Shown one piece after another: positions 16,302-25,650 of a stretch of 32,000 nucleotides of DNA (positions within the stretch are counted from its first letter, which is position 1; each line of letters begins with the position of its first letter). Position numbers and translations under genes: made by a program. Below the pieces are notes generated by a model, which made no database searches, was not told the DNA's origin, and saw only the letters and a program-made list of their open reading frames with translations. This DNA comes from Haloquadratum walsbyi C23. GTDB lineage: Archaea; Halobacteriota; Halobacteria; Halobacteriales; Haloferacaceae. Location of the stretch: NCBI RefSeq assembly GCF_000237865.1, contig NC_017459.1, positions 3,116,034-3,148,033 on the forward strand, given 5' to 3'.

Positions 16302-17402
16302 TCAGATCCCACCAGCGGCCATCATAAATAGTGCTACAGCGATGATCGCAAATAAACCTCCGACGAATGTTTTAATTGTGTTTGTACTGAGTGCATTTGA
16401 GACATATGGGGCAATCTGTCCCCCAAGGACAGTTGCTGGAACGGTGAATATAACCATATTCCATGGTGTTGAGGCAAGACTAATGCTATGCCCACCGACC
16501 AGCCCGCCACCAAAGACGTGTACAACCGAAGCAAGAACAGCGGTCAGGGCAACGACAATATGATTTGTCCCAATGGCAACGCGGACTGGGACCTTTGTCC
16601 CAAGCATTGAGATAATCCCAAGTTCACCAACGCCAAATCCAGCTAATCCCTGAAATATCCCACCAATGCTATAATTTCCAAATCGACGGAGGTATCCAGC
16701 GCGGGTATACTGATAATCATCACCTTGACGATCGACGCGTGTGACCTGACCATTTTCATCTGTGCTGACACCAGCCGGTCCAAGTTTATCTTCATCATTT
16801 GGAAGTGATGAGATACCACCATCGGATGCCGTACGATCGATATTTGTGTCATCATCAACGCTTTCAGCTGATGTTTCATTTTCATGATCAAGATCGGTCT
16901 GAAATAGCAGATACGAAGCAGCAAGTAATGCAATTGCAAGGAGACCATGGAACAGCGGCTCTGGGATAATGAATGATAAGAGTGCGCCACCGACGACGAA
17001 TGGAATGGCGCCAGCAACAAGTGCAATCGACAGTCGACGATCAACAAGACCATGCTGGATGAACGCAACAGCCGAGCTTGAGAGCCCAAATGCTTCACTA
17101 ATCAATCCGACTTTGACGAGCGTTTCAGGCTCGAGCGGTTGGGCAAACAGTGGGAAAATAAAAATCAAAAATGGGACAAATACCGCAGAACCGCTAATCC
17201 CGACAGTATTGACCATTGTTGCGCCAAGAAGGAACGCCGGAAAGAGCCACCAGTATTGAACCCAATACTCAATGCCGACGTTAGTCGGGGTAGGGGCAAT
17301 AAGTAATACAGTCGTAATAAATGCAATAGGTGCAATCAGGACGAAGATATGCTGGTATCGCAAGAACGACTTCTGAATATGACTATATGAGACGGAACTC
17401 AT
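16302..17402 (-). CDS. TauE/SafE (DUF81) family anion exporter-like membrane protein with a long acidic central loop
   Basis: 366 aa in two hydrophobic halves of several TM helices each. An acidic ~70-residue loop separates them (DLDHENETSAESVDDDTNIDR...). The stop lies 3 nt before the usp start, so they probably form an operon. Confidence 0.75.
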   Translation of the reverse strand: MSSVSYSHIQKSFLRYQHIFVLIAPIAFITTVLLIAPTPTNVGIEYWVQYWWLFPAFLLGATMVNTVGISGSAVFVPFLIFIFPLFAQPLEPETLVKVGLISEAFGLSSSAVAFIQHGLVDRRLSIALVAGAIPFVVGGALLSFIIPEPLFHGLLAIALLAASYLLFQTDLDHENETSAESVDDDTNIDRTASDGGISSLPNDEDKLGPAGVSTDENGQVTRVDRQGDDYQYTRAGYLRRFGNYSIGGIFQGLAGFGVGELGIISMLGTKVPVRVAIGTNHIVVALTAVLASVVHVFGGGLVGGHSISLASTPWNMVIFTVPATVLGGQIAPYVSNALSTNTIKTFVGGLFAIIAVALFMMAAGGI

Positions 17403-17858
17403 GTGTGAATTGAATATAGTGTAATTTTATTGAAACAGGATTACTCGAGCGCAAAGCGTTGCGTGTGGGTTACGCGAATAGGTGCGTTGTTATGATTGGT
17501 GGGTATCAGCAAACATAACTGAATTATCGATATGTGTAATAAAAAAGTCATCAACCGCGAAAATGACGATGGTAACAGAGGATGATGGGTCGACACGACG
17601 GATGAAGAATGAAAAGTGGTGCTTTGTGACATCTTACGTTATACTCCTATTCGTGTTTTGCTGTTGGGGAGTATTGATTTGCTCCAATGATAAGTAATAT
17701 TGTGCCATAATATAATATTCCAATCGATAAGAATAAAACTTCATATTTGCGGGAGAAATTCGTTATGTGGACACGAACAGTATCTGAGCATCTCTGTTGT
17801 TGTCATTATCGATCATTAATACTTGGATATTAGACATACTCGAGTGGAGAGAGGTCCA

Positions 17859-19961
17859 TCAATTACTATCGGTAGATGAGGGTGATGCAAGTGGGTCTTG
17901 ACCAGGATTAACTCCATTGGCTCCATCCTCAGCCTCATTATGATCTAATCCGAATTCACGTTGGATGTCACGGATCTGATCCCGAATATCAGCGGCTAAT
18001 TCAAATTCAAGATCTGATACGGCTGACTCCATTCGTTCCTCTAGCGTTTCAATCTGTATGCGCGCTTCCTGTTTATCAACCGGGGTCTCGGTCGTTCTTG
18101 TCGTAGAGTCATCATCACTTCCTGGAAGATTCGTCTCACCGATTGCTTTTTGAATCGTTTGTGGGTCATACCCATGCTCTTCATTATATTTACGCTGGAT
18201 CTGACGGCGTCGCCGAGTCTCATCTATTGCTGCTGACATTGAGTCTGTGATTTCATCTGCATAAAGAATGACTTCACCTTCGACGTTACGCGCTGCACGG
18301 CCCATTGTCTGAACAAGTGTAGTTTCAGATCGAAGGAACCCTTCTTGATCAGCATCAAGAATGGCGACAAGTGATACTTCGGGGATATCAAGTCCTTCAC
18401 GAAGAAGATTAATTCCAACAAGGACATCAATTGTACCCAGTCGAAGGTCACGAATGAGTTCATGTCGTTCAAGCGTATCCGTCTCATCATGCATATATGC
18501 CACATCAACACCCGCCTCTTCAAGAAACTCAGTCAAGTCCTCAGACATTCGTTTTGTGAGCGTCGTAACAAGGACTCGTTCATCGCGCTCAACACGCTTG
18601 TTAATTCGATTGAGCAGATCATCAACCTGCCCAGTTGCATCCGCAACCTCAATTGCAGGATCAATCAGGTGTGTTGGTCGGACAATTTGCTCAACTACTT
18701 GTTCAGAGTGCTCGCGCTCGTATGTCCCAGGCGTTGCTGAGACATATAATCGGGTCCCAGTTTTTTTCTGAAACTCTTCGAAGGTGAGTGGGCGGTTATC
18801 GTATGCTGTTGGAAGACGAAATCCGTTTTTTACAAGAGAATCTTTTCGAGATTTATCGCCTGCAAATTGTCCTCGGATTTGTGGGAGTGTCTGATGTGAC
18901 TCATCAACAACAGTCAAAAAATCATCGGGGAAGTAATCTAATAATGTATGGGGCGGGTCGCCTGAATCTCGATCAGACATATGCACTGAGTAATTCTCAA
19001 TTCCCGAGCAGTATCCCGTTTCTCGGAGCATCTCTATATCAAATGTTGTGCGCTCTTCAATTCGCTGTGCTGCCACAAGGTCACCCTGACGTTCAAAGTA
19101 TTGGATTCGGTCGGTCATCAATGTTTCAATCTCATCGATAGCCGATTCGAGTTTTGCCTCCGGAATCGAGTAATGCTCTGCAGGATGGACAAGCACTGCT
19201 GGTTCCTCAGAGACAACATTGCCAGTAAGCGGGTCAAGTTTTGACAATCGGTCGATCTCATCACCCCAGAACTCAATCCGGACGGCATACCGACCGTACA
19301 TTGGATATACCTCAACAGTATCACCACGAACGCGAAATGTCCCCTGTTGGAAGTCGACATCATTGCGTTCATAATTCAGGTCAACAAGTTGTGCAAGAAG
19401 TTCATCTCGATTGATTTGACTACCTACCTCAAATCTGAGAGCCATATCGGTGTAGTTTGCCGGGTCACCGAGCCCATAGATAGCAGAAACCGAAGCAACA
19501 ACAATGACATCATCACGCGTGAGGAGTGAACGAGTTGCTGAGTGACGAAGTCGGTCAATTTCTTCGTTTATTGAGAGGTCTTTATCAATATACGTGTCCG
19601 TTTGTTCGACATATGCCTCTGGCTGATAATAATCATAGTATGAAACAAAATATTCGACTGCATTATCCGGAAACAACTCACGAAACTCTTCATACAGTTG
19701 TGCTGCTAACGTCTTATTATGTGCAATAACAAGCGTTGGTCGCTGTATTTCTTCGACAACCCACGAAACGGTATTTGTCTTTCCAGAGCCTGTAACACCC
19801 AATAACGTCTGCTCAGTCATCCCAGCGTCAAATCCTGACGCAAGCGAATTAATTGCATCCGGCTGATCTCCCGCTGGGTCAAAAGGCGCGTCAACGCGGA
19901 AATCACGATCAACCGCCGGTCGATCAGGCGAGAGCGGCCCCGATTTGGATGTATTGCTCAT
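17859..19961 (-). CDS. uvrB: Excinuclease ABC subunit B
   Basis: It has Walker A GVTGSGKT, the DESH box, and the UVR domain ([15 protein letters not shown]). The ATG at 19961 (MSNTSKSG...) is preferred over the track start at 20024. There is an acidic C-terminal tail. Confidence 0.97.
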   Translation of the reverse strand: MSNTSKSGPLSPDRPAVDRDFRVDAPFDPAGDQPDAINSLASGFDAGMTEQTLLGVTGSGKTNTVSWVVEEIQRPTLVIAHNKTLAAQLYEEFRELFPDNAVEYFVSYYDYYQPEAYVEQTDTYIDKDLSINEEIDRLRHSATRSLLTRDDVIVVASVSAIYGLGDPANYTDMALRFEVGSQINRDELLAQLVDLNYERNDVDFQQGTFRVRGDTVEVYPMYGRYAVRIEFWGDEIDRLSKLDPLTGNVVSEEPAVLVHPAEHYSIPEAKLESAIDEIETLMTDRIQYFERQGDLVAAQRIEERTTFDIEMLRETGYCSGIENYSVHMSDRDSGDPPHTLLDYFPDDFLTVVDESHQTLPQIRGQFAGDKSRKDSLVKNGFRLPTAYDNRPLTFEEFQKKTGTRLYVSATPGTYEREHSEQVVEQIVRPTHLIDPAIEVADATGQVDDLLNRINKRVERDERVLVTTLTKRMSEDLTEFLEEAGVDVAYMHDETDTLERHELIRDLRLGTIDVLVGINLLREGLDIPEVSLVAILDADQEGFLRSETTLVQTMGRAARNVEGEVILYADEITDSMSAAIDETRRRRQIQRKYNEEHGYDPQTIQKAIGETNLPGSDDDSTTRTTETPVDKQEARIQIETLEERMESAVSDLEFELAADIRDQIRDIQREFGLDHNEAEDGANGVNPGQDPLASPSSTDSN

Positions 19962-20387
19962 TATTAATTTTTTGTAGGCCGATATACTTGAGCGAGTTGG
20001 TCTATAGGGTCGATAGTATGACAACGTGAACTGGGTAATCGAGTATGCAGACTCCTGAGTATCATATCAACGTGTGATACTGTCTGGTGATGATAAGTAT
20101 CAGCAATATCAATATATCATAGTGATTCAACAAACTTCTGGGTGAACTGATTCATAGTGATTAGTTCGAATAGTTTCACCGACGGTGTCGAATGACGCGG
20201 TTTCAGCGGCTCCTATCACGGCACGGATAATCACGGCGGTAAAGACTTGCACTAATCACTATCACTCATTCGATGCGAGAGAACTATTCTGACCGATATA
20301 TGTCTAGTTAAGCATCAAATTCTTCTGTGAACTACTAAATATATTAATATATCATGATGCTTATATTGTAAAACATTTTGCGCTGCA

Positions 20388-20404
20388 GTGATATATTATA
20401 TCAC
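20388..20404. promoter_or_regulatory. Perfect 17-bp palindrome GTGATATATTATATCAC abutting the ATG at 20405
   Basis: Read directly: 8-bp arms around a central T. It sits immediately 5' of the start codon of the small acidic ORF. Confidence 0.3.
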
Positions 20405-20698
20405 ATGGATCAAGAACGACTGCAGAATGCAAGTGAAAAGCTCCGTGCAGCAAGCGAGACTGCGGATGGAAGTATCCAACGAACATTATATGAGCAATCA
20501 AATAGTATCGCAGAACTGGCAGCACGCAGTCAGCAAATACATGAACGTCAACTTACTGAGCAACTAGATGATCTTCAGACCCTAATAGAGACCGTTGAAG
20601 AGGCAGATGACACTCCAGAGGATGTGAACGAGTATCTCCATCAAGCCAAATCTGATCTTACAGCGGCTCATGGTGAGTCTGACTCGAGTGCTCACTGA
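20405..20698 (+). CDS. Small acidic helical protein, function unknown
   Basis: The ORF runs from ATG 20405 (MDQERLQNASEKLRAASE...), 97 aa. Its acidic, halophile-like composition and heptad-like pattern suggest coiled-coil helices. I recognise no motif. Confidence 0.45.
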   Translation: MDQERLQNASEKLRAASETADGSIQRTLYEQSNSIAELAARSQQIHERQLTEQLDDLQTLIETVEEADDTPEDVNEYLHQAKSDLTAAHGESDSSAH

Positions 20699-20767
20699 AT
20701 ATATTGAATATAGAATAGTTTGTCCTAGAAAAATAAATGAAACAAGTTGTAAGCGAGCATATCGACA

Positions 20768-21430
20768 TCAGCAGACATTCTTTGGCTTGATTCCCATTTG
20801 TTCAAGTGAATCAACGTATTCGTCATATGCTGCCTCAATAACTGCGTCGGCGCTGTTTTGCGCATCCTCCCACGCAGTATCACTCTCACAGGTTGAATTA
20901 AGCGCTGTGAGTATACGATCACGGTCAGACTCAATCATGCGTTTAAGATCACGGAACTCGTTGGCCGTTTTTGTGTCGGCATTTCCGATAAAAAAGCCAA
21001 CCATTTGGCTCACTTGCTCAATCGTAATAAGTGAGCGTGCTAGAAGTCCACCAAGTCGGGAGGCTATTGTTTCCATTGATTCTAATACATCATACAAGCG
21101 AGGTCGGCTGACTGCTTCTTTTTGAGATATATCAGGGTTAAGATCCATAGCGCGTTTACCTGCATCAGTTGCGATAAGAGCAAATACCGCATCCGGGTCT
21201 GTTTCATCGATTTCGTCTACATGACCGTCAGTATCTGAAATGTTATTATCAATCCATTCGTCAGTAACTGTTGAAATTGCATCGGCATTGATTGCTGCTG
21301 CAGCGCGAACAATACCACCGTCCATCTCCCCGTTGGTTATTGCGTACATTGCTTTCGAGGAGCCAAGTCGGGAGAATGCGGTTTCATGATCGTCTCGAAG
21401 TGTTGCTGCAAGGTCTGAGGCGTCCATCAT
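20768..21430 (-). CDS. Conserved haloarchaeal ferritin-like / rubrerythrin-family-like protein (function unknown)
   Basis: 220 aa. FSRLGSSKAMYAITNGEMD near the N-terminus, GFFIGNADTKTANEFR, and the C-terminal EQMGIKPKNVC match a family I recall annotated as rubrerythrin family protein in haloarchaea. This rests on memory only. Confidence 0.5.
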   Translation of the reverse strand: MMDASDLAATLRDDHETAFSRLGSSKAMYAITNGEMDGGIVRAAAAINADAISTVTDEWIDNNISDTDGHVDEIDETDPDAVFALIATDAGKRAMDLNPDISQKEAVSRPRLYDVLESMETIASRLGGLLARSLITIEQVSQMVGFFIGNADTKTANEFRDLKRMIESDRDRILTALNSTCESDTAWEDAQNSADAVIEAAYDEYVDSLEQMGIKPKNVC

Positions 21431-21634
21431 ATGCCCTGATATTCGAGATGCGACTGTTTGTACCCATCGTTGCCGTCAGAAAGGTGTCTCTCAGTCATAA
21501 TGGGTGATGCAGATCATTGTTAATCAGAGAGTTCACTCGAGTACGAAAGTAACGCTATGACTATCATGATATTCTTAGGAAGCCATATTAGCAATTTCCG
21601 AAAGTCTCGAATTGGTAGATGATATAATGCAGTT

Positions 21635-23170
21635 GTGCCTGCAATTCGTGCGCTCCGTACTGGTTTGCGCCTCTTAACAGCGCGATCATCGGCGATACTA
21701 CCGGTGTATTTGCTTGCAACTGGTCTATATGGTGTTGCTCGCGCCCCAATTATTATTGCTGGGCTGCTCACGGTCTGGATTATTGACCAGAATGGACAAC
21801 TTGGAACTCTTATTGATACTATCAATCAGGCACGCGAAGGAAGTGCAACTGGGAGTGATCCAGCAGTGGTCACACAAGCGATGAACGAGACACTCGGTTC
21901 AATCATTACGCCAGCAATCATTCTGGTCATAGCGGTCAGTGTGATACTCGCTATTGCAATAATAGTGGTATCCTCAGCTCTCAATGGAGCAATGACTGTC
22001 GGAGCGATTATCGGGGTGCTGAATGATGTCAATGGCATTGAATCCGGTCTCAAAAGTGCAAAGCAACACTGGCGTGCAATGTTGATCGTTCGATTAGTAT
22101 TTGCTGTGAGTGTTATCAGTGCGCTCGGATTGCTTGCGGTGATAAGAATCGGATTTGGATTTGGGATTGCAGGAGACGGGACAACAGCGGGAGTGATTAG
22201 TACGCTTATTAGTGTATTATTTGGGTTGGTCGGGATTGTTGGGGTTGTGGTTATATGGGTGTTATTTGCGTTCGCCGAGCAGGCTGTTGTCATCGATAAT
22301 CAAAGTGGAACCGAGGCTGTAGCTCAAAGTGCACGGCTTCCAATGCATCGTCCACGCCTCCTCATCGAGTATCTCATGATTACTGTTGGAGCGATCATGT
22401 TCAGTATAATAGCTGGCAGAATTGCTATGTTCGGTGGCGTCAGTCGTCTGATAACTATTATCGCATTGATTATTATTCCAGCGGTTATTGATGGATTCAA
22501 AACGTCAGCATACGCAAATCAGACATTTACTGATAAATCGACTTCATCACTACAACAAGGAGGTATCTGGAAGCGAGGCGCAATCAATCGGAGTATTCGA
22601 GCTGTCGTGAGATTTATGCGAGAACATCCAATCGCAAATTTAGGATCAGTCGGCTGTCTTATTATTGGCGGAATTATTGGATGGCAGAAAACGATGAATA
22701 TCTCGACACCGGTCTCGGTTGATAATATCGGTGCTAGCTTCGGGATGTTTCCGTTTGGGGTGTTCATCAATCTCGCAGTGAATAATTGGCTTGTCGCTGC
22801 CGGATTAGCTTATGGCGGTATTGTAGTTGGTGTACCTGCCATTGTCGGGCTTGTATTTAACGGAATTATTATCGGCGCTGTTGGAGGGGCAGTCCCGCAA
22901 GAGGTATTTATCGCATCCGTCGCCCCGCATGGTATCATTGAGATTCCAGCAATCATTGTCGGCGGAGGCACTGGGCTTTGGCTTGGAAGCGTATTGATAC
23001 GCGCAGTCCGTGGTGATGTCACCACTGAATCGGGGGCAGATGCAATCTATCAAGCATATCAAATTTTACTTGGATTGATACCGTTCTTTATTCTTGCAGC
23101 ATTCATTGAGGCGTTCCTGACAGCATCAATTGCTGGGTTATTACTCGAAATGGTGGCTATGATACTGTGA
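21635..23170 (+). CDS. Polytopic membrane protein with a C-terminal SpoIIM/DUF95 domain
   Basis: 511 aa with a GTG start (uncertain). It is very hydrophobic. The C-terminal part carries VFNGIIIGAVGG...APHGIIEIPAIIVGGGTGLWLG, typical of stage II sporulation protein M-like DUF95. Confidence 0.65.
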   Translation: MPAIRALRTGLRLLTARSSAILPVYLLATGLYGVARAPIIIAGLLTVWIIDQNGQLGTLIDTINQAREGSATGSDPAVVTQAMNETLGSIITPAIILVIAVSVILAIAIIVVSSALNGAMTVGAIIGVLNDVNGIESGLKSAKQHWRAMLIVRLVFAVSVISALGLLAVIRIGFGFGIAGDGTTAGVISTLISVLFGLVGIVGVVVIWVLFAFAEQAVVIDNQSGTEAVAQSARLPMHRPRLLIEYLMITVGAIMFSIIAGRIAMFGGVSRLITIIALIIIPAVIDGFKTSAYANQTFTDKSTSSLQQGGIWKRGAINRSIRAVVRFMREHPIANLGSVGCLIIGGIIGWQKTMNISTPVSVDNIGASFGMFPFGVFINLAVNNWLVAAGLAYGGIVVGVPAIVGLVFNGIIIGAVGGAVPQEVFIASVAPHGIIEIPAIIVGGGTGLWLGSVLIRAVRGDVTTESGADAIYQAYQILLGLIPFFILAAFIEAFLTASIAGLLLEMVAMIL

Positions 23171-23218
23171 ACACTGAATGATGCAGTTACCAGTGTATCA
23201 TATTAATCATCAAAAAAA
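23171..23218. terminator. Inverted repeat ACACTG-N14-CAGTGT plus an A7/T7 run between convergent genes
   Basis: The stem is 23171-23176 pairing with 23191-23196. The A7 run at 23212-23218 reads as T7 on the minus strand, 42 nt downstream of the rhodanese stop. Confidence 0.45.
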
Positions 23219-23259
23219 GAAAGCTTACTTCACTCAACTGCACTATTTGAGCAATTGCG

Positions 23260-24126
23260 TTAGTCTGCCCCACCAGTCTCAATTGGTGCGCCAACAAGAT
23301 TGCCCCATTCAGTCCAGGAGCCGTCATAGTTCACAACTTCATCATAGCCAAGAAGTTCATGCAGCGCGAACCAAGCAATTGAGGAGCGTTCGCCAATTCG
23401 GCAATACGCAACAGTTGTTTCTGAACCATCAATATCATAGTCTGCATAGATTGATTCGAGTTCCTCCGCAGATTTGAATGTTCCATCATCATTGACCGTA
23501 TCAGCCCAAGAGATATTTGATGCTCCTGGGATGTGACCTCCACGCTGTGCGGTTTCATTGAGTCCAGGTGGTGCGAGAATCTCACCAGAGAACTCTTCTG
23601 GTGATCGAACATCCACGAGTGGAAGATCTTGGTCAATGGCATGGTCAACATCATCTCGATATGCGCGGATTGACTCAAAGGGACCACGGGCTTCATACTC
23701 AACAGTAGGGTACTCCGGAACCTCATCGGTTACTGGATAGTCATTATCAAGCCAATAGTCGCGAGCACCGTTCAGTAACCGGACGTCATCGTGACCATAG
23801 TATTTGAATTGCCAGTAGGTGTATGAGGCAAACCAATTAGAATTATCGCCATAAATGATAACCGTTGAGTCATCTGAGATCCCGTGATTTCCGAGAAGTG
23901 TTTCAAAATCTTCCTTATCAAGAATATCACGAGTGGTTGGGTCCTGAAGTTGTGTTTCCCAATTAAATCCAATCGCACCGGGCGCATGCGCCTCATCATA
24001 CGCCTCCGTATCAACGTCGACCTCAACAAGACGATAGTCAGGATCATCACTTTGGATTTCATCGAGTCTGTCTGTAACCCACTCAGGTGATACTAACACA
24101 TCTTTTGCATAATCATCAGTTGTCAT
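23260..24126 (-). CDS. Thiosulfate sulfurtransferase (tandem rhodanese domains)
   Basis: It has the active-site loop CRIGERS and two rhodanese domains. The ATG at 24126 (MTTDDYAKDVLVSPEWV) is preferred over the TTG track start at 24186. Confidence 0.9.
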   Translation of the reverse strand: MTTDDYAKDVLVSPEWVTDRLDEIQSDDPDYRLVEVDVDTEAYDEAHAPGAIGFNWETQLQDPTTRDILDKEDFETLLGNHGISDDSTVIIYGDNSNWFASYTYWQFKYYGHDDVRLLNGARDYWLDNDYPVTDEVPEYPTVEYEARGPFESIRAYRDDVDHAIDQDLPLVDVRSPEEFSGEILAPPGLNETAQRGGHIPGASNISWADTVNDDGTFKSAEELESIYADYDIDGSETTVAYCRIGERSSIAWFALHELLGYDEVVNYDGSWTEWGNLVGAPIETGGAD

Positions 24127-24380
24127 TACGTCTACGTGGATGTACTGTGTCGGTTTAACTCCCACAGCGACGGCGTGTCCTGCCAATCCTCCGGTTAACC
24201 GGTGTTTTTTGCCGAGTTATCGGCGTGATGAATATCAACACAGGTAGATGGAGAGAACAACAAAGACAGTGGCAATAACTACCAGCAATATATTCTTATT
24301 TCTCTGACAAAATTAATAATAAAATTACTCACGAAATTTAAATTGAGCACGTTCAATAGTATGAGACGGTGTATTTGGGT

Positions 24381-25325
24381 ATGGAAACAGGAGCCGTCGT
24401 CGACATGTCGTGGCTCGCTACACGGGTCGACGCAATAACAGGAGCAGCACCGATATCAAAGCCAGATACACGTTCAGGGACCGGTTCACAGCGCGGTGAT
24501 ATGAGCGAATCGCAAGACACCACAAATAGCAATATTGAGTTGGACAACAGCGTCGATATTAATCTAGACCAACTCTCGATTGTTGACGTTCGAGATACAT
24601 GGGAGTTCGAAGGGATTGGACATATTCCAGAGGCAGTAAATATTCCGTTTGATTCATTTCGCAGCGAAGCAGGCGATACTGGAATGTTACCTGAGCGTGA
24701 TGATTGGGAAAGGCTTCTAACAACGGCTGGAATCGCGAAGACTGACGATATCGTCGCATATGATGATACACATGGTGTCTTTGCTGCCCGATTCCTTCTC
24801 ACAGCGGAGGTATACGGGCATCCACCTGAGAAACTTCATCTGCTTAACGGGGATTACAGTGCATGGAATCAAGCATATAACACGATATCCGGGACAGACA
24901 CTAATACGACTCACTCATCAGCATATCAAGCAACTGCCCAATCAGATGTATCATCTTCGCCACTTGTTGGATATGAAACGGTGCGGACTGCAGTTGATGA
25001 TCCAGCGGCTGTATTGGTTGATACCCGCGATCCTTCAGAGTACGCAGCCGGTCACCTCCCTGGTGCGATTAATCTCGATTGGCGGGCAGTTGTTGATGAT
25101 GAAACGCGAGGATTGAAACCTCCGAAAGAGCGGAAAGCAATATTTGACTCTGCTGGGATAACCTCAAAGACCCATGTTGTTCTATATTGTAATACGGCTC
25201 GTCGGATCAGTCACACATATATTGTTTTGCGCTCACTCGGATACACAGATATTGACTTCTATGAGGGAAGTCTCACCGAATGGCGGGCTCGTGATGGAGC
25301 ACTCGAAACCGAGGGGACAACGTGA
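24381..25325 (+). CDS. Rhodanese-domain sulfurtransferase (tandem domains, atypical active-site loop CNTARR)
   Basis: It has two rhodanese domains (IVDVRDTWEFEGIGHIPEAVNIP and LVDTRDPSEYAAGHLPGAINL) and catalytic Cys context YCNTARRISH. The start is ambiguous among GTG 24369, ATG 24381 and ATG 24405. Confidence 0.85.
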   Translation: METGAVVDMSWLATRVDAITGAAPISKPDTRSGTGSQRGDMSESQDTTNSNIELDNSVDINLDQLSIVDVRDTWEFEGIGHIPEAVNIPFDSFRSEAGDTGMLPERDDWERLLTTAGIAKTDDIVAYDDTHGVFAARFLLTAEVYGHPPEKLHLLNGDYSAWNQAYNTISGTDTNTTHSSAYQATAQSDVSSSPLVGYETVRTAVDDPAAVLVDTRDPSEYAAGHLPGAINLDWRAVVDDETRGLKPPKERKAIFDSAGITSKTHVVLYCNTARRISHTYIVLRSLGYTDIDFYEGSLTEWRARDGALETEGTT

Positions 25326-25326
25326 A

Positions 25327-25350
25327 CTACCCTACCCTACCTTACCCTAC
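25327..25350. repeat. Pentanucleotide tandem repeat (CTACC)x3-TTACC-CTAC; on the minus strand TAGGG/TAAGG G-tracts
   Basis: Read directly. It starts 2 nt after the rhodanese TGA and abuts the right-end side of the IS element. Confidence 0.85.
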
Positions 25351-25650
25351 TCGCTCACAGTTGATGCCGGTCGCTCCTTGAGACTAAGGCTTCCTGTCTC
25401 AACGACGCGCTGTACATCCACAACATCGGAACTACCCGAGAGGGTATGAACATAACCAGCGGGAGTGCAGTCTCCACAGGTGTTGTGTCTTCGGACTGTC
25501 CAGTCCTCATTTCTTGAAACCACGCGACAACATGTTAATCGCAGCGTTCACATCTCTGTCCGCTTCGAAGCCACACAGGACAAGTGTGGTCACGTACACA
25601 CAGCGACTTGTCTGTTTTGACGCCACATGACGCACATTCCTTTCGTGTCT
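25351..25650 (-). ncRNA. Candidate TnpB omega-RNA / right-end RNA scaffold region (extent approximate)
   Basis: It covers the 3' end of tnpB plus downstream DNA. Three hairpins are visible: GGACTG..CAGTCC 25493-25506, TACCC-GAGA-GGGTA 25433-25446, and TTGAGAC-N11-GTCTCAA 25378-25402. Its position matches where omega-RNAs are encoded in IS200/IS605 elements. Confidence 0.3.

Noticed and set aside
17441-17697. ORFs 17441-17632(-) and 17482-17697(+) in the tauE-uvrB spacer.
   Set aside because: They are mutually antisense and non-acidic (His/Ser/Leu- or Cys/Trp-rich) with no motif. They sit in an AT-rich spacer where chance ORFs are expected.
20215-20237. Direct repeat ATCACGGC (20215-20222 and 20230-20237), plus further ATCAC copies, in the uvrB upstream region as a DNA-damage regulatory site.
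   Set aside because: The repeat is only 8 bp, has no dyad symmetry, and lies more than 250 nt from the uvrB start. Without comparative data it is too short to distinguish from chance.
24191-24210. The CCGGTTAACCGG perfect palindrome followed by T6, as a terminator.
   Set aside because: No plus-strand gene ends upstream of it. It lies in the divergent promoter region of the two rhodanese genes. The stem would be only 4 bp with a 4-nt loop. It may be an operator, but it is unsupported.
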